This document shows, piece by piece, positions 16,285 to 24,246 of a DNA stretch of 41,085 nt. This stretch comes from Candidatus Woykebacteria bacterium RIFCSPLOWO2_01_FULL_43_14 (GTDB lineage Bacteria > Patescibacteriota > Microgenomatia > Woykebacterales > 2-01-FULL-43-14): assembly GCA_001816835.1 (NCBI GenBank), contig MHDB01000020.1, forward strand, positions 23,523-64,607, given 5' to 3'. Both the position numbers and the translations under genes were made by a program. Below the pieces are notes generated by a model. The model did no database searches. It was given only the letters and a program-made list of their open reading frames with translations, and was not told the DNA's origin. Positions within the stretch are counted from its first letter, which is position 1, and each line of letters starts with the position of its first letter.

Positions 16285-17181
16285 TTACTCTAATTTATCC
16301 AAAATGGTTCTTAGCTCACGCGGTAAGGGGGCCTGGAATATCAATTTTTCCCCACTACTTGGCTGCTTGAAACTTAGCTCTTGAGAGTGCAAAAACTGTC
16401 TTTCTAACCCAAAAATGTTACTGCTATGACCATAAGTCTTATCCCCTACCAATGGGTGGCCAATGGAGGCTAGATGAACTCGAATTTGATGAGTTCTTCC
16501 GGTCAAAGGTTGCACTTCTACTAAACTAAACTGACCATAACTTTTTACTTTTTTATAGTCTGTCTGTGCCTCTTTGCCGCCCTGGGTAGTAGCAAACTTC
16601 TGTCTGTTTTTCGGATGACGACCGATTGGTTTATTGACACTCCCAGAATCTTTATCCAGCTTACCTTCAACTAAACAAAGATAAACTTTCTTAACTACCC
16701 TTTCCTGAAACTGTTTTTTAAGGGCAGTCTCCGAGAGCTGATTCTTGGCTACGACCATGACACCTGATGTATCTTTGTCCAACCGATGGACAATCCCGAT
16801 CCTTAAGTCTGAAGACGGAAGAGCTTTTAAATGATAAAGAATCGCGTTAACCAAAGTTCCTCCCGGGTGCCCAGCTGCCGGGTGGACCACCAAACCCGCA
16901 GGCTTGTTTATGACCAAACAATCTTGATCTTCGTAAATAATATCTAGAGGGATATTTTCTCCCACTACTCGGGTAGGTAGGTCACTAGGGATAATTCCTT
17001 TAATAACATCGTTTTTTGCTAGCCGATAGCTTGGCGTGACTTTTTTACTACTGACTGTAATCAGCCCTAAGTTTATTAACTTTTTTATCCTGGACCGAGA
17101 GACCCCAACATCAGATTGGCTAAGATACTTATCTAGTCTATCTTCACCATGAGCCTTTATTTCGAAACTACTGCTTTCCAT
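16285..17181 (-). CDS. rluD: RluA-family 23S rRNA pseudouridine synthase (RluD-like) with an S4 domain
   Basis: N-terminal S4-like domain (RLDKYLS...SRSRIKKLI). Catalytic motif HRLDKDTSGVMVVAK. Also THQIRVHL. Confidence 0.88.
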   Translation of the reverse strand: MESSSFEIKAHGEDRLDKYLSQSDVGVSRSRIKKLINLGLITVSSKKVTPSYRLAKNDVIKGIIPSDLPTRVVGENIPLDIIYEDQDCLVINKPAGLVVHPAAGHPGGTLVNAILYHLKALPSSDLRIGIVHRLDKDTSGVMVVAKNQLSETALKKQFQERVVKKVYLCLVEGKLDKDSGSVNKPIGRHPKNRQKFATTQGGKEAQTDYKKVKSYGQFSLVEVQPLTGRTHQIRVHLASIGHPLVGDKTYGHSSNIFGLERQFLHSQELSFKQPSSGEKLIFQAPLPRELRTILDKLE

Positions 17182-17566
17182 CCTTGGATCTCGTTAGAAA
17201 GACCTTCACCTCATGTAAAACTTGATCCGGTGTCATTGCTGATTTAATTAGGTAACCACTCGCTCCTAAGCTAAAACCCTGTTTAATAATCGCGTCCTGC
17301 CCTAAGTTGGTCAGCAAAACTACAGGCCCATTGGGCACCTTAGGAGAGGTAGTTTTTAGCTCTGTCAGGATTTCGAGACCATCCTTTTTTGGAAGCATAA
17401 TATCAAGAAGCACCAAGTCATAACCGCCATTTAACATTTTCGCCAAACCATCCTCGCCATCAGCACTAGTTTCTACTTCATAACCCTCATCGTTTAAGAG
17501 TTCCTGATAGAGCTCGCGCAGGAACTGGTCATCCTCAACTACTAATATTTTTCCTGAACTAGCCAT
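17168..17566 (-). CDS. Stand-alone response-regulator receiver (CheY-like) protein
   Basis: KILVVEDD, DLVLLDIMLPKKDG and LLTNL...K have the acidic pocket/Asp/Thr/Lys pattern of REC domains. No output domain. GGAGGTGG SD. Confidence 0.85.
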   Translation of the reverse strand: MASSGKILVVEDDQFLRELYQELLNDEGYEVETSADGEDGLAKMLNGGYDLVLLDIMLPKKDGLEILTELKTTSPKVPNGPVVLLTNLGQDAIIKQGFSLGASGYLIKSAMTPDQVLHEVKVFLTRSKDGKQ

Positions 17567-17605
17567 AAATAAACCACCTCCGTCCCCCGATTTACGGGAT
17601 AAAAT

Positions 17606-18034
17606 CTAAAACTCACTAACAGATTTCAGATTTCGGATATTAATATTATGGTAGCTTAAAAGAAATAAAGAAGCAATGATACCTAGATCAGAGGCATTTA
17701 CTTTTGAGAAAAAAAGCGGGATATAATCAATTACTCCCCCATAAACCAAACGATCCAGGGTATTTGAGAGCCCACCGCCAATAAACAATGAGGTGATTAG
17801 TAAACTCAAGGGGGTGATTTTCGATAAACACCACCTTAGGAGGATAACCGAACTCAGTAAATAAACAAAAATTGATAAATACCAAACTTCAGGCAAAATA
17901 CCAAACATTAGCCCACTATTCAGCGTGTAACTAAAGAGGCCTTTTACAGCCAGATGTTTTAAAAAGTGGTCTGTGAAACCAAGGCAAACAGGGATAAGTA
18001 CTGCCGCTAGTTGCTTTTTTCGCAATCCATACAT
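17606..18034 (-). CDS. lspA: Lipoprotein signal peptidase II
   Basis: NSGLMFGI and GGGLSNTLDRLVYGGVIDYI are LspA motifs. The track ORF extends to 18088. The ATG at 18034 (MYGLRKK) is more plausible but still overlaps the dksA-like stop. Confidence 0.85.
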   Translation of the reverse strand: MYGLRKKQLAAVLIPVCLGFTDHFLKHLAVKGLFSYTLNSGLMFGILPEVWYLSIFVYLLSSVILLRWCLSKITPLSLLITSLFIGGGLSNTLDRLVYGGVIDYIPLFFSKVNASDLGIIASLFLLSYHNINIRNLKSVSEF

Positions 18035-18342
18035 AATTGGGCTGTAGGCATGACGCTCAATCTTTCCTCTGATATTTGGGTACCGCATTTAGTGCAAATA
18101 CCGTAAGTCCCCTGATACACTCTTTCCAAAGCGTTATTTAGCTTACCCAATTGAGCAACTAACTCATTCTTGGCTGCCGTAATACGATCATGTCCTTCGT
18201 TTTCAGTAATATCATCATCTAAAGTTGAGGTCATATCCCTATCTTCAGTCAAGAAAGGGTCCTCAGATTGATAGTACTTTATCTGCTTTTCCAGATTTTC
18301 TTTTTCTCTGATTAGATTTTCCTTAATCTTTTCGATTTCCAT
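18007..18342 (-). CDS. DksA/TraR-family C4 zinc-finger protein
   Basis: Coiled-coil N-terminus and C-terminal CTKCGTQISEERL....CMDC zinc finger. Confidence 0.8.
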   Translation of the reverse strand: MEIEKIKENLIREKENLEKQIKYYQSEDPFLTEDRDMTSTLDDDITENEGHDRITAAKNELVAQLGKLNNALERVYQGTYGICTKCGTQISEERLSVMPTAQLCMDCEKSN

Positions 18343-19240
18343 ATTTTCTCCTTAAGTTTGATAGTGTTTTTCCAAACCGGCTCAGCCAACGCTTAGATTT
18401 TTTACCCACATCGCTTTTTCTAGTATCCAGTAAGTTGCCAAAATCCCGTGCAATATCTCTGATAACTTCGCTTTTTCCAAGTACGCTCTTAAGCTCCTGA
18501 GCTCCCAAAACCGTCGATTTGTAGAACCAGTATAATCCAAGGAGGCCAATTATGGCAAGTACAGCCCCTCCCCAAAACCCTTCCTTCATGTTTAAAATCA
18601 GAGTCCGGTTATCCCTAAAAAGCTCAGTAAAAATCCTCGCCAAACCGCTCAAAAGCAGGAAAATATAAAACACACCACCGCTCTTACTTTTGGCGCGATA
18701 GTAACGCAGTAAATAGAGATATATAAAGAACATTAAAATCAATTCATATATGGGAGAGGGATGACGCCGCCCGATAATACCTGGGATATGGACAGCGAAT
18801 GGTAAATTAGAAACAACGCCGTAGTCATCCCCATTTAAGAAACTTCCGATTTTCCCGATTATTATTCCCAAACTCAAAGCCAAAACGCCAAAATCGGCCA
18901 CTTGAAGGAGGGGCCACTTGTTCTTTTTAGTAAACCACCAAAGTCCGACAAAGCCACCTATCAGCGCGCCATGTAATGACAGCCCACCCTCCCAAACCTT
19001 GAAGACGGACGAAAATCGGTCAGCGTAGTCCGACCAATTAGTAATAACCTGGTAAACTCTAGCCCCTAAAAACCCAAAAATAATAGTCGTCACTGACAAA
19101 TCCAGAAGCTTTTCTTCGTTGTAACCTTGCTTTTGCCCTTCTCTCCAGAGAATAAAAGTGCCTGCCAAAAAGGCTAGCACCAAAAAAACTCCATAAGAAC
19201 GGATTTGAATTGGACCTAAGTTAATTAAAATTGGCATCAT
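18323..19240 (-). CDS. lgt: Prolipoprotein diacylglyceryl transferase
   Basis: IQIRSYGVFLVLAFLAG, WEGGLSLHGALIGG and GRIGNFLNGD-like (GKIGSFLNGDDYG) motifs. Confidence 0.88.
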   Translation of the reverse strand: MMPILINLGPIQIRSYGVFLVLAFLAGTFILWREGQKQGYNEEKLLDLSVTTIIFGFLGARVYQVITNWSDYADRFSSVFKVWEGGLSLHGALIGGFVGLWWFTKKNKWPLLQVADFGVLALSLGIIIGKIGSFLNGDDYGVVSNLPFAVHIPGIIGRRHPSPIYELILMFFIYLYLLRYYRAKSKSGGVFYIFLLLSGLARIFTELFRDNRTLILNMKEGFWGGAVLAIIGLLGLYWFYKSTVLGAQELKSVLGKSEVIRDIARDFGNLLDTRKSDVGKKSKRWLSRFGKTLSNLRRKYGNRKD

Positions 19241-19250
19241 ATCTGTATTT

Positions 19251-19340
19251 AGGTTATGGGTTATAGTTTATAGGTAATAGGAAAAAGTCACTAAAACCTA
19301 CAACCTACAACCTGTAACCTCTACCACCTACAACCTTTCC
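19251..19340. repeat. Imperfect long hairpin built from TACAACC/GGTTGTA units (family shared with 25309-25378)
   Basis: Left arm AGGTTATGGGTTATAGTTTATAGGTAATAGG, right arm CCTACAACCTACAACCTGTAACCT, continuing as CTACCACCTACAACC into the 3' end of the MFS gene. Confidence 0.6.
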
Positions 19341-20546
19341 CCACCTCTCCAGATAGTGTCGGGCGCGGAGAAATCCCAAAAATAAGAGTACCACACCAAA
19401 ACCTGCAATAACATTCCCTACCCCAGCCAGATCCGCCAGTCCCCCAGCAATTAAAATCGGAGTGAAGGAAACGCCATTTACCATAGTATTAACTACTCCA
19501 TATATTCTTCCTCTCAAATCCTCCGGCGTCATCTTATGCAAAATTGTGGTCGCCGGCGCACTTACAAAACTCCCAAAGACGCCTAGAGTAAACATAGAAA
19601 GGATAGCCAGGACGGGAGCCATGAAGCCTAATCTGTGAGGAGCGAACGATGAAAAAAGCACCAGGATAATCCCAGAAACAATGAAACCTAAGTCAACCAA
19701 AAAATCCTCGCTCCAATCTCTCCCGAAAGTTGAAAGAATCACCCCGCCAATAATTATCCCTAACACCCCAGGTGCTACTAAGATAAGTCCAGCGTCTAGC
19801 ACATCCATTTTTAGAACCTGACTAACGTACCCTGGCCCTAAAGCACTAAGAGTCATGATAAAAGCGTTTACTGAGGTAATCGCAAGCGCAGCTTTGCGGA
19901 GATTTTTGTTTTGCCAGATAAACTTAAGCGCCGTATACAACTCATGGAAAATAGTAACTACCCCTTTACCACCACTTTTACCCATGATATGGGGTATCTG
20001 AGTTGACAAAAATGTAGCTAATAAGAAGCAAATAAAGACTACTATCACCGCTCCGCTCGATCCCACCAACCTAACAACTGGACCGCTCAAAATAAAGCCC
20101 ACAACCATCGAAACATTTATCGTCATTGTAAAGAGAGAGTTCGCGGATAAAAGATGGTTTTTAGGCACCACGCCTGGGATGGCACTCCCTTCAGCAGGCA
20201 CAAAAAACTGTGTGACCAGACTAATAACGAAAATCAAAGGGAGTAGCGAAAAAGGACTTTTAAGAATAAAAATAAACAAGAGAATCAGCAAACTACGAAT
20301 AAGATTGGTCGCAATCAGCGCTTTTTTGGTATCCCATCTATCAATGAGAACTCCAGCTATCGGTCCAAAAAAGATCGCAGGAAGTGTAAAACTTAAGACC
20401 AAGAGACTAACGGCACTGTTTGACTGGGTGCTCTCCCATACCTTTATTGTTAAAAGGTAATAGAGCATGTTTAAGGAGGTTTGGGTAAGGATCTGGGCAG
20501 ACCACAAATAAAGGAAATTTCGATTCTGTAAGATGTTTAGAAGCAT
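19305..20546 (-). CDS. MFS transporter
   Basis: 413 aa, about 12 TM helices, with an MFS-like loop motif (GVLIDRWDTKK). Confidence 0.8.
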   Translation of the reverse strand: MLLNILQNRNFLYLWSAQILTQTSLNMLYYLLTIKVWESTQSNSAVSLLVLSFTLPAIFFGPIAGVLIDRWDTKKALIATNLIRSLLILLFIFILKSPFSLLPLIFVISLVTQFFVPAEGSAIPGVVPKNHLLSANSLFTMTINVSMVVGFILSGPVVRLVGSSGAVIVVFICFLLATFLSTQIPHIMGKSGGKGVVTIFHELYTALKFIWQNKNLRKAALAITSVNAFIMTLSALGPGYVSQVLKMDVLDAGLILVAPGVLGIIIGGVILSTFGRDWSEDFLVDLGFIVSGIILVLFSSFAPHRLGFMAPVLAILSMFTLGVFGSFVSAPATTILHKMTPEDLRGRIYGVVNTMVNGVSFTPILIAGGLADLAGVGNVIAGFGVVLLFLGFLRARHYLERWGKVVGGRGYRL

Positions 20547-20582
20547 ATCCTTAGATCAAATATGTATTTCAATCTAAATAGT

Positions 20583-22079
20583 TCAGTTTGTAGCGACTTC
20601 ATTTATGAGACTCGAAATCGTTTTTAGACCCACACCTGTCGGGCCTTTTGCCATGTACGGCTTTTCGCTATTCAACCAAGCCGTGCCCCCAATATCAATA
20701 TGAACCCAAGGAATCCCTGGCGCAACAAACTCCGAAAGAAACATCGCGCCAGCAATACTACCCGCCTGACGAGACGAGGGAACGTTGGCATAATCAGCTA
20801 TGGAGCTCTTGAGAAGCTCTTTGTAAAGATCAAAACTAGGCAATTGCCACATTTTTTCACCCGCCTTATTGGCATGTTCAATTATTTTATTAAGCCACTC
20901 TTGGTTATTCCCCATCACCCCACTCACCTCATATCCTAGCGCCGAAATTACCGCTCCTGTTAGAGTGGCCAGATCGATCAGATGGGTTATTCCCATTTCT
21001 TGAGACCAAAGCAGAGCATCCGCTAGAACAACCCTACCCTCAGCATCGGTGTTAATAACTTCTATAGTCTTGCCGTTCATGGCTTTGACGACATCCCCAG
21101 GTCGGACTGATTTGCCCGAAGGTAAATTCTCGGTTATGGGCATAACACCAACAACGTCTATATTTGGCTTAGTCATCGCCACAAGACGCATCGCCGACAG
21201 CACTGTGGCTGCTCCAGCCATATCCATTTTCATTTCTTCCATCTTATCGGAAGGCTTGATACTTATCCCCCCAGAATCGAAAGTCACACCTTTACCAACC
21301 AAACCTAAAACGCTTTTTTTGGGAGATTTTGCTCCGTGATAGGCAAGTTTTACCATAAATGAAGGTTCATCGCTCCCGGAGGCGATTGCGCAAAAAGCGC
21401 CCATCCCTTTTTCTCTAGCCTGTTTTTCATCAAGAACTTCAATCTCCAAATCAAATTCAGTAGCTAAACTCTTAGCCTCTTCAACAACCCTCTGTGGGGT
21501 GAGAATGTTAGCCGGTTCGGCAACCAACCTCCTAGCCCAGTTTATGCACTCGCCCACTTGAACTCCGTTAGTAATTTCCGCTTCTACTTTTTCGCTAGTT
21601 GGTACATCCAAATTAAAAACTACATCACTTAAGTCTTTGACGTCCTCTTTTTTCGAAACATAAATCGCGGGGTCAAAAACTCCAGTCAAAAGACCTTCAA
21701 CCATCAGAGACATTTCCCTTAGATCCGGTTTGGGAGTTGAAATACATAATCCCGCTTGAGTGATACCTTTTTTGGCAAGCGTTCGTCCTGCAAAAGCCGC
21801 TAATTTGGTTAACTTAGCGCTATCAAATTCACTACTTTTACCAGAGCCTAGCACCAAAACTTTTTTTGGAGTTATCTTGCCAAAGGTATAAATAAGGGTG
21901 CTTTCGAATAATTTAGCTTTTATTTCCCCATTTTTAAGGCCTTGAGAAATCACACTATCTAAAGCCTGGTCGATCTGAGCGACACGTGGAGATAGATTTT
22001 GGTCGCCTTCAAAAATGTTCAAGACCAAGGTATCTAGCTTTAATTGTTCGGGAGACAGAGTTGAAATAGAAAATTTCAT
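20583..22079 (-). CDS. pepA: Leucyl aminopeptidase (M17)
   Basis: VGKGVTFDSGGISIKP and NTDAEGRVVLADAL are signatures. Start set at MKFSISTL (22079), 6 nt after a TATACT box. The track ORF starts at 22115. Confidence 0.9.
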   Translation of the reverse strand: MKFSISTLSPEQLKLDTLVLNIFEGDQNLSPRVAQIDQALDSVISQGLKNGEIKAKLFESTLIYTFGKITPKKVLVLGSGKSSEFDSAKLTKLAAFAGRTLAKKGITQAGLCISTPKPDLREMSLMVEGLLTGVFDPAIYVSKKEDVKDLSDVVFNLDVPTSEKVEAEITNGVQVGECINWARRLVAEPANILTPQRVVEEAKSLATEFDLEIEVLDEKQAREKGMGAFCAIASGSDEPSFMVKLAYHGAKSPKKSVLGLVGKGVTFDSGGISIKPSDKMEEMKMDMAGAATVLSAMRLVAMTKPNIDVVGVMPITENLPSGKSVRPGDVVKAMNGKTIEVINTDAEGRVVLADALLWSQEMGITHLIDLATLTGAVISALGYEVSGVMGNNQEWLNKIIEHANKAGEKMWQLPSFDLYKELLKSSIADYANVPSSRQAGSIAGAMFLSEFVAPGIPWVHIDIGGTAWLNSEKPYMAKGPTGVGLKTISSLINEVATN

Positions 22080-22137
22080 GGGGTAAGTATAACAGCTTGG
22101 CCTTAAAACACGCAAACAAGAAAAGGGCAGTTAAAAA

Positions 22138-22278
22138 CTACCCTTTAAGTACCCAATCTAGGAGCGAATTAAGCTTGTAGGCTAAAGGTAACGCGCTGAG
22201 TAGCAAGACAACCCAAGCAACGTATACTTCGTCTGGAATGTTACTAAGTTCTTCGCCCATCTCAGACTCAGATTTCAT
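22138..22278 (-). CDS. Small (46 aa) single-TM protein, hypothetical
   Basis: Below the track's size cut-off. Manual translation gives MKSESEMGEELSNIPDEVYVAWVVLLLSALPLAYKLNSLLDWVLKG. It starts 3 nt after the stop of the preceding small ORF. Confidence 0.35.
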   Translation of the reverse strand: MKSESEMGEELSNIPDEVYVAWVVLLLSALPLAYKLNSLLDWVLKG

Positions 22279-22280
22279 AC

Positions 22281-22472
22281 TTACCACCTATCTACCGAGT
22301 CGTCGGTTGTCGACCAACTTAGAAACCCTTCACTGTCTGTAGATAAAAGTTTGACCTTTTGTAGAAAATTTATCATCCCTATCACTCCCCAAAGAATGAA
22401 CCCAGCCATAGCCATCGCCCCGCTGATAAAAAGTAAAGCGGCGGCTACCCACCTATCGTTTCTGTCACTCAC
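22281..22472 (-). CDS. Small (63 aa) membrane protein, hypothetical
   Basis: GTG start preceded by TAgTACAAT (-10) and an AAAGGGG SD-like element. One long hydrophobic segment (WVAAALLFISGAMAMAGFILWGVIGMI). Confidence 0.45.
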   Translation of the reverse strand: MSDRNDRWVAAALLFISGAMAMAGFILWGVIGMINFLQKVKLLSTDSEGFLSWSTTDDSVDRW

Positions 22473-22597
22473 TTCTCTAACCCCTTTTCGAGGAGATTGT
22501 ACTACTAGCTAGCTTTAAATTCAACACGAATCTATACAACCTAGGAGGTTAAACAGGTAGGTAACCTAGGAAATAGTCTATCTAACTACAAGAAGAC

Positions 22598-23018
22598 CAA
22601 AAAGAAAAGGCTAGCGAAACTACAAGAGTCTCAACTAGCCTACTGATTTCCAAAGCCGACGGAGGCTAAGGAAGACAATGGAAGGGAGAGGAAACCTCCG
22701 TCGACCAAGTTGGGTTAGAATTTGCTCATAGTGGTATGGGCCACTCGGAGCAGCTGGCCGGCAAAACCAGCTTACTAGGTGAAACCCATTCACCCAGTCC
22801 AAATATCGTGGGAGTGACTAATTTTGGCCACTCAACCACAGTTAATCTCATACCGTTCTCTCCTACCCCATGGGGCAAGTGACTAACGAGAACGGCTCAA
22901 CGCGAGTCAGGACTTCCGAACGAACCTTCGGAAACCTTTCTCGCTACAGCGCCCCCAGTACGTCCCATGGAACGTTGGGGGTAGCGAGGTCACACTTGGG
23001 CAACACCATAGCGCGACC
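22598..23018 (-). ncRNA. Candidate structured non-coding RNA of about 420 nt, unclassified
   Basis: Bounded by a minus-strand promoter (23054-23025) and a stem plus U-run terminator (22641-22598). The body is G+C-richer and packed with hairpins. One stem has a G.U pair only on the minus strand. See findings. Confidence 0.45.
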
Positions 23019-23024
23019 AAATCA

Positions 23025-23054
23025 ACCATACCACCGCAGTTTAACTTTTGTCAA
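23025..23054 (-). promoter_or_regulatory. Promoter of the ncRNA candidate
   Basis: On the minus strand: TTGACA (23054-23049), 18-nt spacer, TATGGT (23030-23025). Confidence 0.5.
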
Positions 23055-23118
23055 CTAACCCTCACACCTGGTGTGAGGTAGGTTCGCACATCTGGACAAT
23101 AATAATGGGAAGTCGTAA

Positions 23119-24246
23119 CTAAATTGTTACTTTAGAGATATCCTTTGGGGATTTAGTCAGAGTTTCGCAGCCTGATTTTGTCACAAGGACTAGGTCTTCA
23201 ATTCGTATCCCACCCCAACCAGGAATATAGATCCCAGGCTCGACTGAGATAACATTTCCTTCCTGCAAGACGTCTGTGGATCGAAGTGAAACTGACGGAA
23301 GCTCGTGAACTTCAAGTCCAATCCCATGACTTAACCCATGACCGTAAGGCTTATACCCAGCCTTTTCAACTACCTCACGGGCAGCAGCGTCTACTTCTTT
23401 ACTCTTTGCGCCAGGGTGAATACGCCTCATCGCAGACTCTTGGGCATCCCAAACTACTTGATAGACTTTTCGCTGATCAGCAGTCGGTTTACCCATAAAA
23501 ACTACGCGTGAAATATCAGAACAATACCCATTCACGACTGCGCCAAAGTCAAGCTGAAGCATATCTTGTTTTTGCAGTTGTGCTTTTCCTGGGTGGTAAT
23601 GAGGCATTGAAGAGTTTGCTCCAACGGCGACTATGAACGGATGCCAAGCAACACGCTCCGCGCCCTCTTCACGGATTAGTTTTTCGAGCAGCCAAGCTAT
23701 TTCTATTTCAGTTTGTCCCGGTTTTATAGCAACCAAAAGTTTGGCAAACGCTCGGTCAGCGATATCAACACTTTTTTGAATTTGCGCTATCTCGTAAGGA
23801 TCTTTGACGGATCGTACCTTCTCAATTACTCCCTGAGTACTCACCAAGTTAAGTTTGGCGGCTCGACTCCTGTCTCTGAGTTCTAACACCTGGCGATGAG
23901 TAATCTTGTGAGACTCGTAACCAACTCTTTCACCTTCGAACGACCGAGAATATGATTCCCAAAAACTATCAAATGGCGTGTCAATTTGGTTAACTTTTAC
24001 AGGAGGAGATTGGTTCTGTGCAAGCTCTGTATACCGAGAGTCAACAAAAAGGGTAACGCCATCCTCACTCACCAGGACCCACCCAGTACTGCCAGTAAAT
24101 CCAGTAAGATAGAGTCTATTGGCGGGGTCTTCAGTTAAGAAAAACTTCAGATTCTTCTTTTTCAGAGACTCTTTCAGTTTCCTGAGCCTCCCGGGATAAT
24201 CCGGGAGCATATCTTGGTGATCGTTTAAGTTTTGTTTCATCTTCAT
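23119..24246 (-). CDS. pepP: Xaa-Pro aminopeptidase (M24B)
   Basis: Creatinase-like N-domain (NRLYLTGFTGS). M24 metal ligands are in DFGAVVNGYCSDISR, HGLSHGIGLEVHE and SVEPGIY. A start at 24246 or at 24210 (MLPDYPG) both overlap the upstream gene. Confidence 0.88.
   Translation of the reverse strand: MKMKQNLNDHQDMLPDYPGRLRKLKESLKKKNLKFFLTEDPANRLYLTGFTGSTGWVLVSEDGVTLFVDSRYTELAQNQSPPVKVNQIDTPFDSFWESYSRSFEGERVGYESHKITHRQVLELRDRSRAAKLNLVSTQGVIEKVRSVKDPYEIAQIQKSVDIADRAFAKLLVAIKPGQTEIEIAWLLEKLIREEGAERVAWHPFIVAVGANSSMPHYHPGKAQLQKQDMLQLDFGAVVNGYCSDISRVVFMGKPTADQRKVYQVVWDAQESAMRRIHPGAKSKEVDAAAREVVEKAGYKPYGHGLSHGIGLEVHELPSVSLRSTDVLQEGNVISVEPGIYIPGWGGIRIEDLVLVTKSGCETLTKSPKDISKVTI

Noticed and set aside
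22598-23018. Assignment of the structured region as RNase P RNA (also tmRNA, SRP, 5S or 6S)
   Set aside because: - **RNase P:** it has GGAAGUCC (CR-I-like), GGGUGAAUGGGU and GAGCAA strings and a suitable size. But I could not find the ACAGAA...GGCUUA CR-V strand. The only P4 partner I could draw conflicts with a 9-bp local stem, and no P1/P2 closing helix lies within the predicted transcript.
- **tmRNA:** there is no T-arm/CCA end.
- **SRP:** there is no GGAA-capped SRP helix 8.

I left it unclassified. A covariance-model search is needed.
22870-23058. Track ORF 22870..23058 (+, 62 aa) inside the ncRNA candidate
   Set aside because: It has no promoter or SD, an Arg/Ser/Thr-rich low-complexity translation, and spans several strong hairpins. 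The region is better explained as structured RNA.
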